DNA of 64,000 nt. It comes from Klebsormidium nitens (lineage: Eukaryota; Plantae; Klebsormidiophyceae). Below the pieces are notes generated by a model. That model did no database searches and had not been told where the DNA came from. It worked only from the letters and a program-made list of their open reading frames with translations. Below, piece by piece: positions 47,837 through 61,084 of this stretch; positions within the stretch are counted from its first letter, which is position 1; each line of letters opens with the position of its first letter. Both the position numbers and the translations under genes were made by a program. The DNA is taken from NCBI GenBank assembly GCA_000708835.1, contig DF237237.1, forward strand, positions 46,751 to 110,750. The letters are read 5' to 3'.

Positions 47837-48879
47837 CCACGCCCGCTCAGACAGGCTGCGTAACCGACCAGCAGAAGCAGGTACATGGCGCGGTCAGGCT
47901 AGTGCACAAATGGTGTACGCCGGTACGGCACAAAAGCTTTTCCCTTCCTTCTAGTCCTTTCGAAGCGCAGGTCCTGACAGCCACTCGGGCAGTTGTGGCA
48001 CGCCGTGATCACGATGCACCGCGCTTCTCGGGCTCTCCGTAGTCAGGTTGATGCGCGAGCCGTTCGTGAGCCGTGGTTAGGTTGAAGATTTTGACACTGC
48101 GCAGTTGGAGACTTACTCCTTAGTCGCGTCGCACCAGCAGAGAGTAGTTAGATAGATCAACTCGACCAAAGCTATAACGGGACACTGCGAACTTCTTTAG
48201 GGGGTTTGGCATAGGCTGTTCAGCTGTATATTACAAGCCAACAATCGAAACTTCTATTCCATTGTTGCACAACCTACTAAAACGTGGTTGCATGTTCGGC
48301 TGCAGAGCGCATGGTGATATGCGCTAGGCTTCGCAAACGTATTCGCAAGGCATGCCTAGTAAAGGGCGCAGTACTATGATGCGGGTACTGAAGAAACGCA
48401 TCAGCTTTCCTTTGGGCGGCCTCTCTTTGTAAAACAAAATTTTACTAAGTGCACAGCGCTTGTCGATCTGATTGTGTTAGCGAGCCCCGTTATATTTGGA
48501 CTTTTGAGCACGTGCATCGTACCTAGTCCATGCCCATGACCCTGACTCGTCAACTTTACTTGTACTGAAATCCACATGCACAGATTTTCTTAAACATCTC
48601 AAAACGCGTACTACTTATGAGCTGCTGCCGCGGGTTCCTCTGCATATCGACCGCCCACGCCCAAACAGTTGATCAGTTCGTCTCAGACGACGTTTCACCA
48701 TGAAAAAGCAACCATAAGTGAAATTCGCAAGGGGCAAGGACAAGGACCGATTCCCCTTAGCACGGACAATCTACCCGGCCTACAACAGCATCTACATCGT
48801 GGAAAAAGCCGGTGAGTTAGTTTTCGATGACCATTCGCTAGAGGCTTTGATGTGATATCCCTTCGAAGTTTGTCAGAGT

Positions 48880-49390
48880 GTGCTTGGCATGCAAGACCAA
48901 GGGGAAGAGCATGGGCGCAAGGACTGCACTTACTCTGAGAACGTGAAGCAAGGTTATTCGTATAAAAGTCCGACCTATTTGGATCAAATAGCGCAAACTC
49001 CCTACTTGTATACGTTGGCGAGATTCAGACTCGGGGCTCATATTCTGGCAATAGAGGGAGGAGCTTGGCATGGCAAGCCTCGAGCCGAGAGGTCTTGTAC
49101 CATGTGTACGACGGGTGAGGTGGAAGACGAACTTCATTTCGTTTATTGTAATTGTCCAGCGTACGGAGACCTTAAGAAAGATTTTCATTCCATCTTTGAG
49201 GACAACAAGGAGAAAGACTTGAAATCGTTCCTCAATCAACAGGATAAGTACGCAGTAGGGAAGTTTTTGGATTGAAATAAGCTTTGCAGTGAAGGCAGCC
49301 TTAGTGCATAGTTTAGAGTAGCTATGTTCGTCGACTTAGCCGCCCGACCAAGGCTCCAAACCGACGTCAAATTCCAAATCCAAATCCAAT
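48880..49390 (+). mobile_element. 5'-truncated non-LTR retrotransposon (RTEX/L2-like) 3' end
   Basis: The ORF ending at 49275 carries the LINE ORF2 C-terminal motif YL...LARFRLGAH.L.IE.G.W...R.ER.C..C...VEDE.HFV..NCP.Y. It is followed by about 90 nt of 3'UTR and a (CCAAAT)n tail at 49368-49390. The 5' boundary is approximate. Confidence 0.8.
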
Positions 49391-50528
49391 AGCATCTCTG
49401 CATGCATGTCTCATTTGCATAACATCCAATTCATGCATCTGGCACATGCTAGCTAGCTATAGAATTTGAGTCGTTAGCATGTAGTTCAGGTATTCTGCAT
49501 CTTCCCGGGACGGTTGACATACCTACATGCAGCCGTACGTAGCAGGCTGTAGACATCGTGCTCGGTGGCTGATTAAACGACCGTGACGCTACATAAGGAC
49601 GTCAGAAAATGGGAATTATTTTACCATCTAAGCAAAGAATTTGCAGGTGCAGCGTGTGCACAGTTCGGTCATCCAAAAATCAATTAGCCATAGCGTCCCG
49701 CCTTTAATTGAAGACGGCGCCCTCGAAAGTAGTGATGACCTGGAGTCAGTAGTTTGCTACCGCGTCAAGCAACTCTGTGCGAATGGCTATTTTACAATTG
49801 CAGCACGTCAATCTTGGGCTAGCTTCATTGCATAAGCGGGCCGAGTTATAGACCACTGTCTATATTGCATGACCATCATGTCGGCCTCGAGCCGCACTAT
49901 GATGTGCCCAAGTTGCATGTATCACATGCATGCAGACCGCAAACATCATCCTTCGATCACTTCCGTTCAACTTTATCCGGACACAAACATCGTTGTCGTT
50001 GGGCTTCACGGGGGTATTAAAATTATCGCTCATGACAGACTGTCGTGTAAAGCATCTTCCAGTGAGGAGAAAAACGAGTAGTTCGGATATTATGCTTCAA
50101 CGCTAGTGCCGCCTGAATGCGACAACTGCATACAGAGGATCGTATATCAACAACAATTGCATGCAGAAGATTGGGTACATCAAGGCATACAGATTTGCGG
50201 ACTCCCTGGACCTCATCCGTTGTCTCTCAGAACAAGCTAGCAAAGCTACTTTGTGAGGTTGTTCTGCTTACTGTACAAGTCTACAAACGAAAGTGCTCAA
50301 CGACGGAGTCGAGATCGAATTCAGGTCAAATAGTATCAACTTGCGCCTGACCCGGTGGTCCACTGACTATCAACGAGGATGCATGGACCATGTCGACTTC
50401 AAAGAATCAATATCATTTGACCCGCAATGTATGCTGTGCGCACATACTAGGTGGCACACTTGAATCGACGTGATCAACACGCGCTTGCTGCCCTCGGGTG
50501 CGGCAGCCGGCAGTGTGGTGTGCGTAGC

Positions 50529-53500
50529 CTACGCTTGGGCGCGCGCCAACGGGTCGAACTTGACCCACTCCTTCTTGTCGTGGTCGAACAGGTTGCACTG
50601 GCTCACCACCGTCTTCATGAGCGGTACCCCGAAGCGCGCCTTGTTCACATATTGGCCCCAGTGCTCCTCAATTGCAGCGTACGCCTTCCGCAGGTTGTAG
50701 CTGCAAAACACCGCAGCAGCAACACATCAGCCACCCAGCGTGTACGCAGCACAAAGACACAGCAGCCGAAGTCAGGGGGCTGCGCGCCAGCTGCGGGACA
50801 CTGTGAAAGACCTGGCTGCCACTCTCAACGAATCGTTCATGTTTCGCGTTTTGAACCGTCGCCTGTGTGCACCTGGTTAGGCCACAAGTACAGACTCAGC
50901 GGTGCAGGTGGAGCGAGCCAGTGCGGGTAGGCTTACTGGGGGATCTTGGTGGACAGGTGGTGCGGCACGTGCACGCTGATGTCGTGGCACAGCACCTCAA
51001 CCCTGCACACACAGGAACAAGCGCATCGTAACCACGACCCAGCGTGATATACCCAGTCGGTGGGAACAAGCTGATGCATTCCCTTACCCTGCTCTGTGCA
51101 CCGCATCAACTCTGTTGCTGCAATAACGCAAGCCCCTCTGGCAGCTCAGCCTCCAAAATCAGCATGCACAATTGCCGTTCAATCTGAAAGGGCGTGAGCG
51201 GGCCGAAGTGTGGCGAAGCTGGTCGCAGGGCGTACCATCGCGGGTACTCGCAGTGCACCGTCCCGCCCAGCTGCGCCTTGACCTGGTCCCACTCGCGCGC
51301 GTGCTTGAACGGGATGTGCGGGGCTGCACGGGGCAGACGTGGCGCAGCGTGAGCAACAGCATTGTCGAGGGGATGGGGGCCGGGGAGAGGAGCTGTCCCC
51401 CGAACGAAGCAGGCACCACCGATTGGTCGACACATGTCTCGGCGAACAACACTTTGCCCTCTGAAAGCTGGCAGGTCCCAAGCACAACCCGTATCACTTA
51501 TCTTGGCCTGTTTCGAGGAAGGTCCAAAAGAGCCAAAGGATGCAGGGAAAAGCATGGACAAGTGGTCGCTTGCAATGCTTCCTCCCCCATGCTCCAGGAC
51601 CTTTGCTCCCAGTGGCGGCAACGGGGACAAGTCAATAGCAGTCATAGAGAGGCTGTACTCCAAAGATACCGCTGACATCTACGGATGCACGATAGACAAC
51701 TGTGCAGTGCGACGTGTCATGCCTGAGTGGTAGGAGCATCACTCTGGCGTGTGTCCTCTGTTTCCTGCTGCCTGTTGCGTCTTGCTACGCGCTGCCTCAC
51801 CTGTGTGGTGCACCAGCGTGAAGGTGGACATCCAGAAGTGGAAGCCCAGCCACGGCATCAGCCTGCACCACCGCACACAACCACCACCAGGCTCAGCCCA
51901 GCAGCAAAGGACCAGAACGTGCACCAGAGAAGGATGAGCCCAATCTCACCATGAACGTCAGCCCTACTCTGATGCTCCCCACTGCCTGACAGCAAGTAGC
52001 CCTCTGTGCATGCAATTGGTCAGCAGGGTGCAGCGCGCGCGAGCGAAGCGGGGCGGCCACAGCCCTGCACGGTGCGCAGCACTCACCACCACTTGACAAA
52101 GGCAATGGGCCCTTGCGTGACGAGCAGCGGGACCAGCACGCCGGCGGTGAAGGCCGCCACAGCAGCCAAGCTGATCTTCACCTTGCCCTGCTCCGCGGCG
52201 CGATACTTGCTCACATCGTAATGCCAGATCTACATGAGAAGTGTGGGGTCTCACAAGATTAGCTTTCCAGCTTTGTCTGCATGCCTTGTGCCGAGTCTTA
52301 TGCTCAATTCTCCTAAAAACCGGTTTGATTTTGAACACAAGGAGAGGCTAGCGCAGAAACCAGGTCTTCATAGTGGTCAGACCACTTGATTAAATGCTTC
52401 CTCCGCGATCACTCATCTCATCCTTGCTCTGTCGTGCTCTCAATACATACACCACAAGTATTTGTCAAAGCTCAATCCTGAAAAGAGATGAGACTTGTGC
52501 TCTAGTATCAAAAACACCAAGACATGTGCCTTCTAAAGTACAGTCTATTTTGATAATGTGGGCGGACTAAATGATTGGAGCATTGCTAGTACATGAGCCT
52601 TCTGTCATTAACAGAAGATCGCAGCTGATACTTAAAGAGGCTTGCAAAGCCTTTGTTGGCCGCTGGCCCGCTCCTCACCAGCTGATGGCCGATGCTGGCT
52701 AGCCACCACGCAGGGCCCATTGCAGCGCGCATCAGGAAGCGCGCAACAGGGCCACCTTTGTCAAACTGAGCGGGAGTGAAAGGCTGCCACGCGGTGTCAA
52801 TCTTGAGCTTGTTGGTGTGGGCATGGTGCGTGTTGTGCTGCCAAGAGCAATGCAAAGTCTCAGTCCGAGCTGTCAACAACTTCGTCTCACCCCTGAAAGA
52901 GGGCCTCTGTGAGGCAAGCCACTGTCCTGCACCAGCAAGAGAGGTTCCACTGACCTAGCCTGACTCTCTGATCACTGATTTGACGAAGCAATTGGCCTTC
53001 GCCGTCTTGTCTTCTTAAACAGAGCTTGGCCCTGCTGCAGCGGAAATACCCCACGCGGCCTGATATGTGGGAGAGCCGCACAGGCAGGAAAAAAGCTGCT
53101 TCTGGTGCAACCCCAGGTGCTCGCCAGATTCCAAAACAGCGGCACCCATCTCCAGAAGGGTGTACCCTGCCTGCGAGCCCTGGCTGTCCACTCTGCTCCT
53201 CAAACACTGAGCACAACAAAAGTCAGGGCCCTCACCTTGATGCGCCACGGCTCAAAGGGATAGACCAGGGGGGCAAACACCAGCGTTCCCACAACGTCAT
53301 TTACAAGCTGGTTCTTGGAGAAAGTGTTGTGCCCTGCACAGCGCACTCAGGGCAGCCTCAGCAGAGGCAGGGCGGGCCGAGGAAGAGGCAAACAGGTGCT
53401 GCAGTCTGTGAGAGCGGCTGTTGGTCAAGGGGCAGCAGGGCAGTGCAGAACCAGGGATGTTGTTGACATACATGCGGACAAGGAGCATGGGAGGCAAACC

Positions 53501-54842
53501 TGCATCGTGGCCAATGACAAAGAGGCCCGTGACTGCAGCGCTGATGTAGGCGTAGACCGCCGGCAGCAGGTACCAGGGGGCCACCGCCAGGGCGGCATAC
53601 CCCAGGGCCACCGCGGGGATGGTCACGGCCACCGCGCGCCAGCTCTTCCACTCATTGATCTCAAACACCTGCACATCGGCCGGACACCAGTCACAGCCAG
53701 CACTAGCACGGTTGCCCAGTTGCATGGTGCTTGTTGACAGCGTTCAAAGCAAACAATCAAGAGAAGCAAAAGCTTACAGAGAAACGGTGGAAAGCAATGA
53801 AGAGAAGCAAAACCTTACAAGGAAACAGTTGAATCCAGCTTTCGAGAGATGCCATCACCAATGTCTTCAAGTTAGGCAAAAGTCCAGCCAGATCTTGCTA
53901 GATGCTTTCCCAGATTGGGTGCCTAGCTAGCAGGTGAGCGACCACCGAGTGCCGGCTGCCTGATGCAGCCTCGTGGGCAACCACCCCCAGGGCCTCACTT
54001 CTTTAGGCAGCGTTTTAAGGACATCGGACATGGAGATGTTGTCCGGGACGGGCTCCCCAATCTGAGTGAAGCCCTCCACAGCGGTGGGGGTGAGGGGAGC
54101 CACCGCGGCGCGCACACCACCAGAGCGACGCTGCCCGCTGAGCTGACCAACCTGATGAGAGCAGGAGGGGGTGCAATGGGCAAGGGGCAACGTGCAAGAG
54201 GATGCTGGGAAAGTGTTGTTTTAGGATCGTTGACTGTCCAGTTGCCAGTCTCCAGTGAACCACAAACAATCATGTGGGCAAGCAAACCGGAGGAGTGGTG
54301 TCATTGCAAGAATCCTTTCAATTGCAAGTTTTGAGGACCAGCTTCTAGTAAAGACACCTATTAACATAAGGGGCGGGGCTTGAGATTAGCGTTTCTGGCG
54401 GAGAATGCATAGGATCATCCAGTGCGCGGCTGCATTGTATCGAGCTTTTGCGCATTCCCGCTCTTCTGCCCACCTGTCCACTGCGCTTCAGCTGGCAGAT
54501 CTGGCCCAAGAACATTTGCGAGGAGACAGGGCCCCGGCGGGAGCCAAGCAGCGGAGAGGCCGGGCAAGAGCTGCCATCCAACAAGCTCGCCTGCAGACCG
54601 CAGATACAACACATGGGTCAGAACGGAGCAGAATTGCACGGGACCCAGATCTACTGCTCCAGCTCAGAACCACACTTGCCACTCCCAGCCTCAGGCAAGG
54701 GGGCCCCAGACCATGTGCGTATGTCATTCCTGGTGACATTGAATTGCAGATCCAACCGCACATGGTGCTATACCTGGGCACTCGTAGATGCAAAGGCGGC
54801 GGAGGAGATCCGGGCAGCCGTTGCCGCAGCACTGAGCGCCAT
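50529..54842 (-). CDS. FAD6: Plastid omega-6 fatty acid desaturase
   Basis: ATG 54842 starts an Ala/Ser-rich transit-peptide-like sequence. Motifs: [28 protein letters not shown]; three His boxes (GHDAGH, HHxHTNKL..DTAWQP, HVPHH); HTAPHIPFK...[10 protein letters not shown]; terminal [15 protein letters not shown]. All match the FAD6/desA type. Confidence 0.95.
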
Positions 54843-55034
54843 GGCGGACTCAGGGACACCTCACCACAGAAGGGCGAAAGACAACGATGGTCCGCTCAAC
54901 CAGATCACCAAGGTAGGTACTGCACAGTTTACTAGATTGCTTCCCTTAGCAAGTTCGAAAATTGGATGCAGTACTCCCTTCCTCGCAGGCATTCCGCTCC
55001 ACAGCCGGCGCACTGCGCAGTGCATTCAACCGTA

Positions 55035-55480
55035 GGAGTCCTAGGTAGGTAGCGTAGGGGCGGGTTGTGCTACCTAGTCATAGGTACCTAGTACGGTAGG
55101 TATACGATGTACCTAGCCAATACCGGTACCTATTACCTAGTACCTACCCGGTACCGGATTTGGTACACAGTACATGAAGTTTCATGGCCGGGCGCGAGAC
55201 GGCAAGGACCAATCCCCGATACCATGCCTTTGCAATCTTTTTACGGAAGCCTATTGGTCGATCACTTCCATGTAAGAGGACATCTTGAGGTTGAGAGGCA
55301 TCCGCATCTCGTCCAACGGCTGCCAACGCATCCACGCCACCCATTTTCCTCTCAGTGGTGTACCAGCAACCATACTACCGTAGGTAGGTACGGTGGTTAC
55401 ATAGGTATGGTACGGGTATGGTACGGGTATGGTTTGCTCCCGTATGGTACAGTAGCAAGTACAGTGTACATGTGGATGCA
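55035..55480. repeat. GTAC/TACC-rich low-complexity tract including (GGTATGGTACG)x2.7
   Basis: Same composition as 2640-3110; 11-bp tandem repeat at 55404-55433. Confidence 0.75.
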
Positions 55481-56773
55481 TGACGGAATCCCTGCATTTA
55501 CTAACTATCCAGGCATACTAACTATAAAAATACGACCTGTGCGTTTTGCACCGTCAGATTTACACGTGGATGTATTGTACGTGCTACGATTGTATTTCCG
55601 CTCTTGGTCGTATCTAAAACTGGAGGATGCGAATCAATAAAATGTTCAAAGTTCGAGTCGAAGTGTGTCTGAGACGCGCGGCCGTATTTTCATGGGATCA
55701 TTGATCCTTACTGATATAACCCGTCGGGTGCCGAGGGTCAAGGCCAAACTGCCATATTCGCGCTAGTCGCGAAGGCAGGCTCGAGCTATGCAAGCCGCTG
55801 CCTAACTCACCGGCCGCATGATATAGCCGGCATAGCTTCAGTGTAGATTGTTGTACGCCTGCCATGCAAGCGTATCCACACCGGAAGCTTCAGCAACAAT
55901 TTATAAAACATGAGACATCATTGTTCATTTGTGACAAACTATGTGAGATTTGAAGAGAAGAAATATGTGGATAAGAGGTCACAACTTAACGGGGTCACAA
56001 CAAGCATGCTGAAAAGATTGTGAGCATGAATGTAACTTAGCCGCAGTAGCTGGAAACTGGACCCCAGTGCACAATCCGAATAAACTACCTAACTACCAGT
56101 GCAGAAATATAGTATTGCAGTATGGCACGGCTGCAAACCAGGGTATGTGCTGCTCGCGTGCTATCTTCACTAAACAACTGGAACAAGCTCAATGGGTCTC
56201 ATGCAGGCCCTCGGGGGCACTTCAAGTGTCATCACAAAAGGTGACTCGATACAGTTCCGGTTAAGGTCCGTACAGAAACTTACAATTCCTATACGGGAAC
56301 CAATTGGGAATGAAACCTATGTTGAGAACCATATGGAACCTTATGGACCTTTATATAGGTAATCATTCCATACCGTTCCTATATCCGTTTTTGCATGGTT
56401 CCTTTATAAAATGTTGCATAGGCCCGGTACGGGTTACATGTAGTGTTCCGCATGGGCTTTTAACCGATATAGACTCGTATATGTGCATTATAAGGATTGT
56501 ATATAGGATTCGTACATCAACGTTTGGACACTGAACAGTTCGTCTACATGTCGGACGCATGTTCCGAGTTGTACATTCATTGAGACGGACGTCGAGACCG
56601 CGCCGTACTTTTACATACCCTTAGTCACATTCCATCATCTCAGATCGTCGTAGATCAGAATGGATATTGAAGACGGAAAGCAGATGAACAATAGCGTCAC
56701 AATGTTATTTCGATGCAAATAATCAGCGGACCAAATTGAGCTCATCTAGTAATTCGCAAATTGTTCACTGAAC

Positions 56774-59700
56774 CTAAGGACCTGGCTGGCTGAGATTTAC
56801 TTGCCCCGACATTATCATTGCGAGTACCTTCGACACAATTTGCGGATCAATTGCTGCGGGCTGGCCACCCGGGTTGCCAGGAGTGCTGACCGATGGCTGA
56901 GGCACGTTTACATGTTGCGGAGTCAGCGGTGTCCTGACGCTGCTGCCTGAAGTGCTCAAATTGTTCGGCGCAGTGCCTGGTGGGGACAGGCCATCCACCT
57001 CATCCTCCCCGTTCATAAATAGGGACGGCTCCGGAGCTCGGATGAACGTGTACTCGGTCCCCGCAGCGAATGCGTCGACTTCCGACTGGAGCTTCTTGAG
57101 GCACGCCTCGTAGTGCAAAGCCATGCCTCCATCGTTGGGCAGCCTATCGGAAGGCGCACGGTTCTCAGCCGGATTCCCAATGACGATGTCGATCTGCAAA
57201 GAGAGTCGAACTGAATCAAAGAGATGTTTGCTTGAGCCCCCGTATGATCTTCAACTAGGCGCTTTCTAAATCCAACAAGGGCCAGGAAAACAACGTTGAA
57301 TTTCAAGATTGGAAGACAAACGACAGACGCGCAAAGTTTGGGCAACGGGTGTGTCGTCCTTAGGTGCATCTTCAGAACTGAGTCCGCCTTTTCGATTAAC
57401 GAGTCCAGATATGTAACAGATAGATCTCTAAAGCAGATACGTGTAAGTCGGATGAAGGTTTATGGGCCCAGTAAGGGCAGATCGCTTCTTGGATCGAGGC
57501 GAGATCTGCGAGCATTACTGCGTGCTACAAACGACAAAACGAACTGCATTCCGATTCCGTTTCGTGTGTGAAGACGTTTAGCCACCAGCTCGGGTTCAGA
57601 ATCCCAAGTTCTTGCATCAGATAAACTCCCGCTAGCTCCATTGGATTCCGTCGACTTTGTATATATGGAACTTAATATCAGATGGATCAATATCCTGCCG
57701 ATGAGAGGCAGTCTACGGGCAGCAACACCAAAACCTTCAGTTGAACATGAAGGTCACGGCAACAGAGTCCAATTCTGTGTTGGCAAAACTTGAAGACGGC
57801 AAAAGCTTACCACGGCAACCACAATGGCAGCTTGCTGAATGAACACACGCAGCTCGTCCACCCGCTCATTCCAGTTTCGGAGGAAGACATGGCCGATGAC
57901 CTTCTTCACACGGATGTCACCGAAGGGGTCACCATGTCGGACGCGAAAGCCGTCCCCTAGAGCAAGAGCAACCATTCAGAATCAGGACGGTCGAGCATCC
58001 AGCCCATCTCAACGGATCGAGCTAACAATTCCAGAGGTCACTCGAGAAATCAACTGACGCCTTAGAGTCAATCCCGGCTGGAAACCTTCCGGATCAGGGA
58101 CACCTCGCAAGTAATCTGTAATTATAGCTAGAGACCAAAGCTGACATCTGGTGCGGGATGTAGGCACGAAGACGGACGGTGCACATGCTAAAGGATCTGG
58201 CCCCTTAGTGTCTTGATTGTCTTGGCGCTCTTCCTTCTGTAATACCAACACTTGAATCAATAACCATTTATAAACTCCAGACCCGAGATAAATGTATCAA
58301 GGAGAGAAAGCAGACAGGTCAACGCTTACCCTGCAGAGGTGCAATGTCAGTTAGGAAGCCGTTGTAGTCCACCTTCGGCTTCCGGATCTCGTACACACCA
58401 TAGAGATGATGTTTCACCTTCTTCACCACCTCCGACCGCTGCTGCATCTGCTTGGTGGAAGCCGCCTGCCACAGGTCGCCGTGATTGGCTACCCAGCCCA
58501 CGGACCAGTCGTAGTCGTCCTTTGGTACTTTGAGCAGGACGCGGGTCACCTTGGCGATGGGGTCGACCGCGGTGTAGAAGCCGCCTTCGGAGCACCCGCT
58601 CTCAAACACAGCGTGGACAGCTCTCCCGATGGTTTTCTGTGGAGCGGCATGATAGAAAAAAAGGACTCTCACATCCCAGCGTTTGGGAGGTATTGAGAAA
58701 GTGACAAAAAGGAAGCACTATAATTCAAATTGAAGTGCGGTCTTGAACCGAGTGGAACCTAAACGTCAATTCAACGCAATCAGAAGATTTGTACTCCTCG
58801 CAGAGTGAAAGCTCCAAGTGCTCCCCTGAAAAGCAAGTCCGCAGTGAAAAGTGGTCCTCTCACAAGGGTGGGGGTTTCGCCACTTCTGCTGGCTTGGCTT
58901 AGATTATTGTACACTTGATCGATAACCTTCGTGCCACCACCAGAACTTTGTCGCTCCAAGAAGATACATCTGGAAACCCATACCTTCAGTACTATGTGGT
59001 ACATGAAAACTCAGAAATCTGAGCAAATCTGTGCTTTTGAAACCAGCTTGATTTGGGGCACATTTGCAAAAGCCCTCTGACCTATACAATAAGAAACAGC
59101 CTACACCTGCATTTCAAAATGTCCAAAATTTACTTGATCAAGGCCATCATGATAAGTAACCTTGACTGTCAACTCACAAATGTCTTTGGTGTGCTGTACT
59201 TGTTCGGGGCTCCGCTGTTGCCGGTGCTCGGTGGGGGAAGACCAGATGGCGCAGCTACGCTTGCACGTCCGCCTTGGAGAGCACCTTGCATTGCCTGCGT
59301 GACCATGGCCTGAATTGCTGGCAATAGGTCAGCTGCTCCTCCAGAGGGCATCTGGAGAGCTGCCAAGCTCAGCGCAGGCGCGAGGCTCTGTGGCATTCCG
59401 AAGGGCACTAGAGCTGTCGAGGGAGCATACTGGGTGCTTTGCATCGCCAGCAGCTCCTTCTGCAGCCTGATCTTCTCCTGCATCTGCAGGATCTGGCTGC
59501 TGGACGTCACCGCCCCTGGAGCTCCACGCTTGAGCGCGCTCTTCTTAAAGGCCTTCTTTCCGGGTGTCTTCTTCTTTTTGGAGCTCGGGTCTTTTGAGGA
59601 GCCTGCATATGTCAGCCTGTGCAATGCGTGAATTTATGGTACTCATACAATGTACAAAATACTGTATGCAACTCTTGGAAGATAAGTTGAAGTTGTGCTC

Positions 59701-60557
59701 GACCAAGAAGACGGAACTGACAGCAAGCAGCATTCTTTCCGGGCCTCTGAACTTTGTGCAGGTCTAGAGCCCTCTTGCATTGTCTGCACTGAGCAAAAAT
59801 AGTGGCCCAGCAAAGAGCTTGTCCGGATATATGCAGGAGCTGGGATTGAAGCAAGTCTCAGTCTTCCTCCTTACGATGACATACTCTTAGGTTTCAGAGA
59901 GCAGCATGGCGTTGTGTACTTGCCCGGATTGGAGCGAAAAAGAAGCGTAAGACAACTCTGCGGCAAAGACAAGAAAGAAACCAGCACAATCGTCAGAAAG
60001 GGAAACCAAGTATCTCAAATACGAAGAACTCGTCAGAAGCCAACCCAAAACCGCCCTTGCTGTGATAGGGTACTTGCCTGACTTCCCTTCTTGCGCACAT
60101 AATCATCACCCCCAGCTGGCAGGCTTGCATCATCGCGCTGTTGGCTCTTCTCTCTCGCTTCTGCTAGGATCTTCTCAAGTGATGGCAGTCTGTCCGCTGA
60201 ACTCCTTCCCCTTGTACCTGATTGCTCGCCCTCCTCCGCTTCCTTGCCTTCCTCTTCCTCCTCCTCTTCATCCTCCTCCTCCTCCTCTTCATCGTCGTCA
60301 TCGTCGTCCTCCCCATCCTCCTCGTCATCATCCTCGTCATCATCCTCGCTGTCATCTTCCACATCCTCTGGCTCTTTTTTGGTTCCAGTCTTGACGAACC
60401 TTCTGCAAGGTGGACTACGCCGGCTCTGTTCTTCTCCCTCATCGTCATCATCATCAATCCTTTGCTTTTTCTTTTTTCCTCCTTGTGCAACATCACCATA
60501 CCCTTCATCTTCCAGATGCTTTGGAGGTCTCCGGTCTCTCTTGCCACCTGTAGGCAT
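56774..60557 (-). CDS. Hypothetical multi-exon protein with N-terminal acidic tract and basic NLS-like clusters; candidate accessory gene of the Plavaka element
   Basis: ATG 60557 (GTCACCATG). Exon 60557-60078 has KKKKQR and a long D/E tract. Exon 59602-59178 has SSKKKKTPGKKAFKK. Exon about 58636-58330 is GC3-rich (KTIGRAVHAVFESG...). There are further exon-like blocks near 58.1 and 57.8-57.95 kb and a last exon about 57190-56774. Internal exon structure is only partly resolved. Confidence 0.55.
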
Positions 60558-61084
60558 GGTGACTGCGACTGCGAGGATGTCAACAGAGCTTGATGATGAG
60601 TGAAGGCTATTAACAGCGCCTGGGGCCTGTTTGAGGGGGATGCTTGTCGAAACTTTGCGCTCAGGACCTTTTCTGTTTAGAGAAGGTAGCTCACAAGGAA
60701 CCTGTGAAGTTTTGAAGAGCTCAGGAGGACGACTGAATGACCAAGAATTTTGAATCCAAGCCCGAACCCGCTCCCGCTCCAGCAAGGTGTCAAAAAGGCC
60801 CGCGTGACAGGACTCGATTTAGAACTGGAATTCTCTTGGTAGGGCCTCACGGGTTCCAGGACAATGCTTTCTAAATTACCGGTCGATTGGCCTCCAAACT
60901 CTCAAACAGATTTGAATTTGCCCTTGCCTGAATTTGCAGGGGGCGCTCATCGTGGATTCCAAACCCTCCATACATCGACGGCCATCAACTTCTGAGCAAA
61001 ACCCGATATAGGAGGACTGCGGCACAGCAGCTGAACTGCCGGCGGCCCGGCCGCGATAATTAGGCCGCGGCCGCCCCGGTCACA

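Noticed and set aside
48783-49397. CAACAGCATCT / CAATAGCATCT as the LINE target-site duplication
   Set aside because: It has one mismatch, overlaps the tail, and lies about 100 bp upstream of recognisable LINE coding sequence. It cannot be supported without other copies.
51106-51678. 190-aa minus ORF as a separate nested gene
   Set aside because: It contains the FAD6 exon HTAPHIPFK...HCEYPRW plus read-through intron sequence.
60244-60603. Poly-Ser ORF on the plus strand
   Set aside because: It is the antisense reading of the GAN-rich acidic tract of the minus-strand gene.
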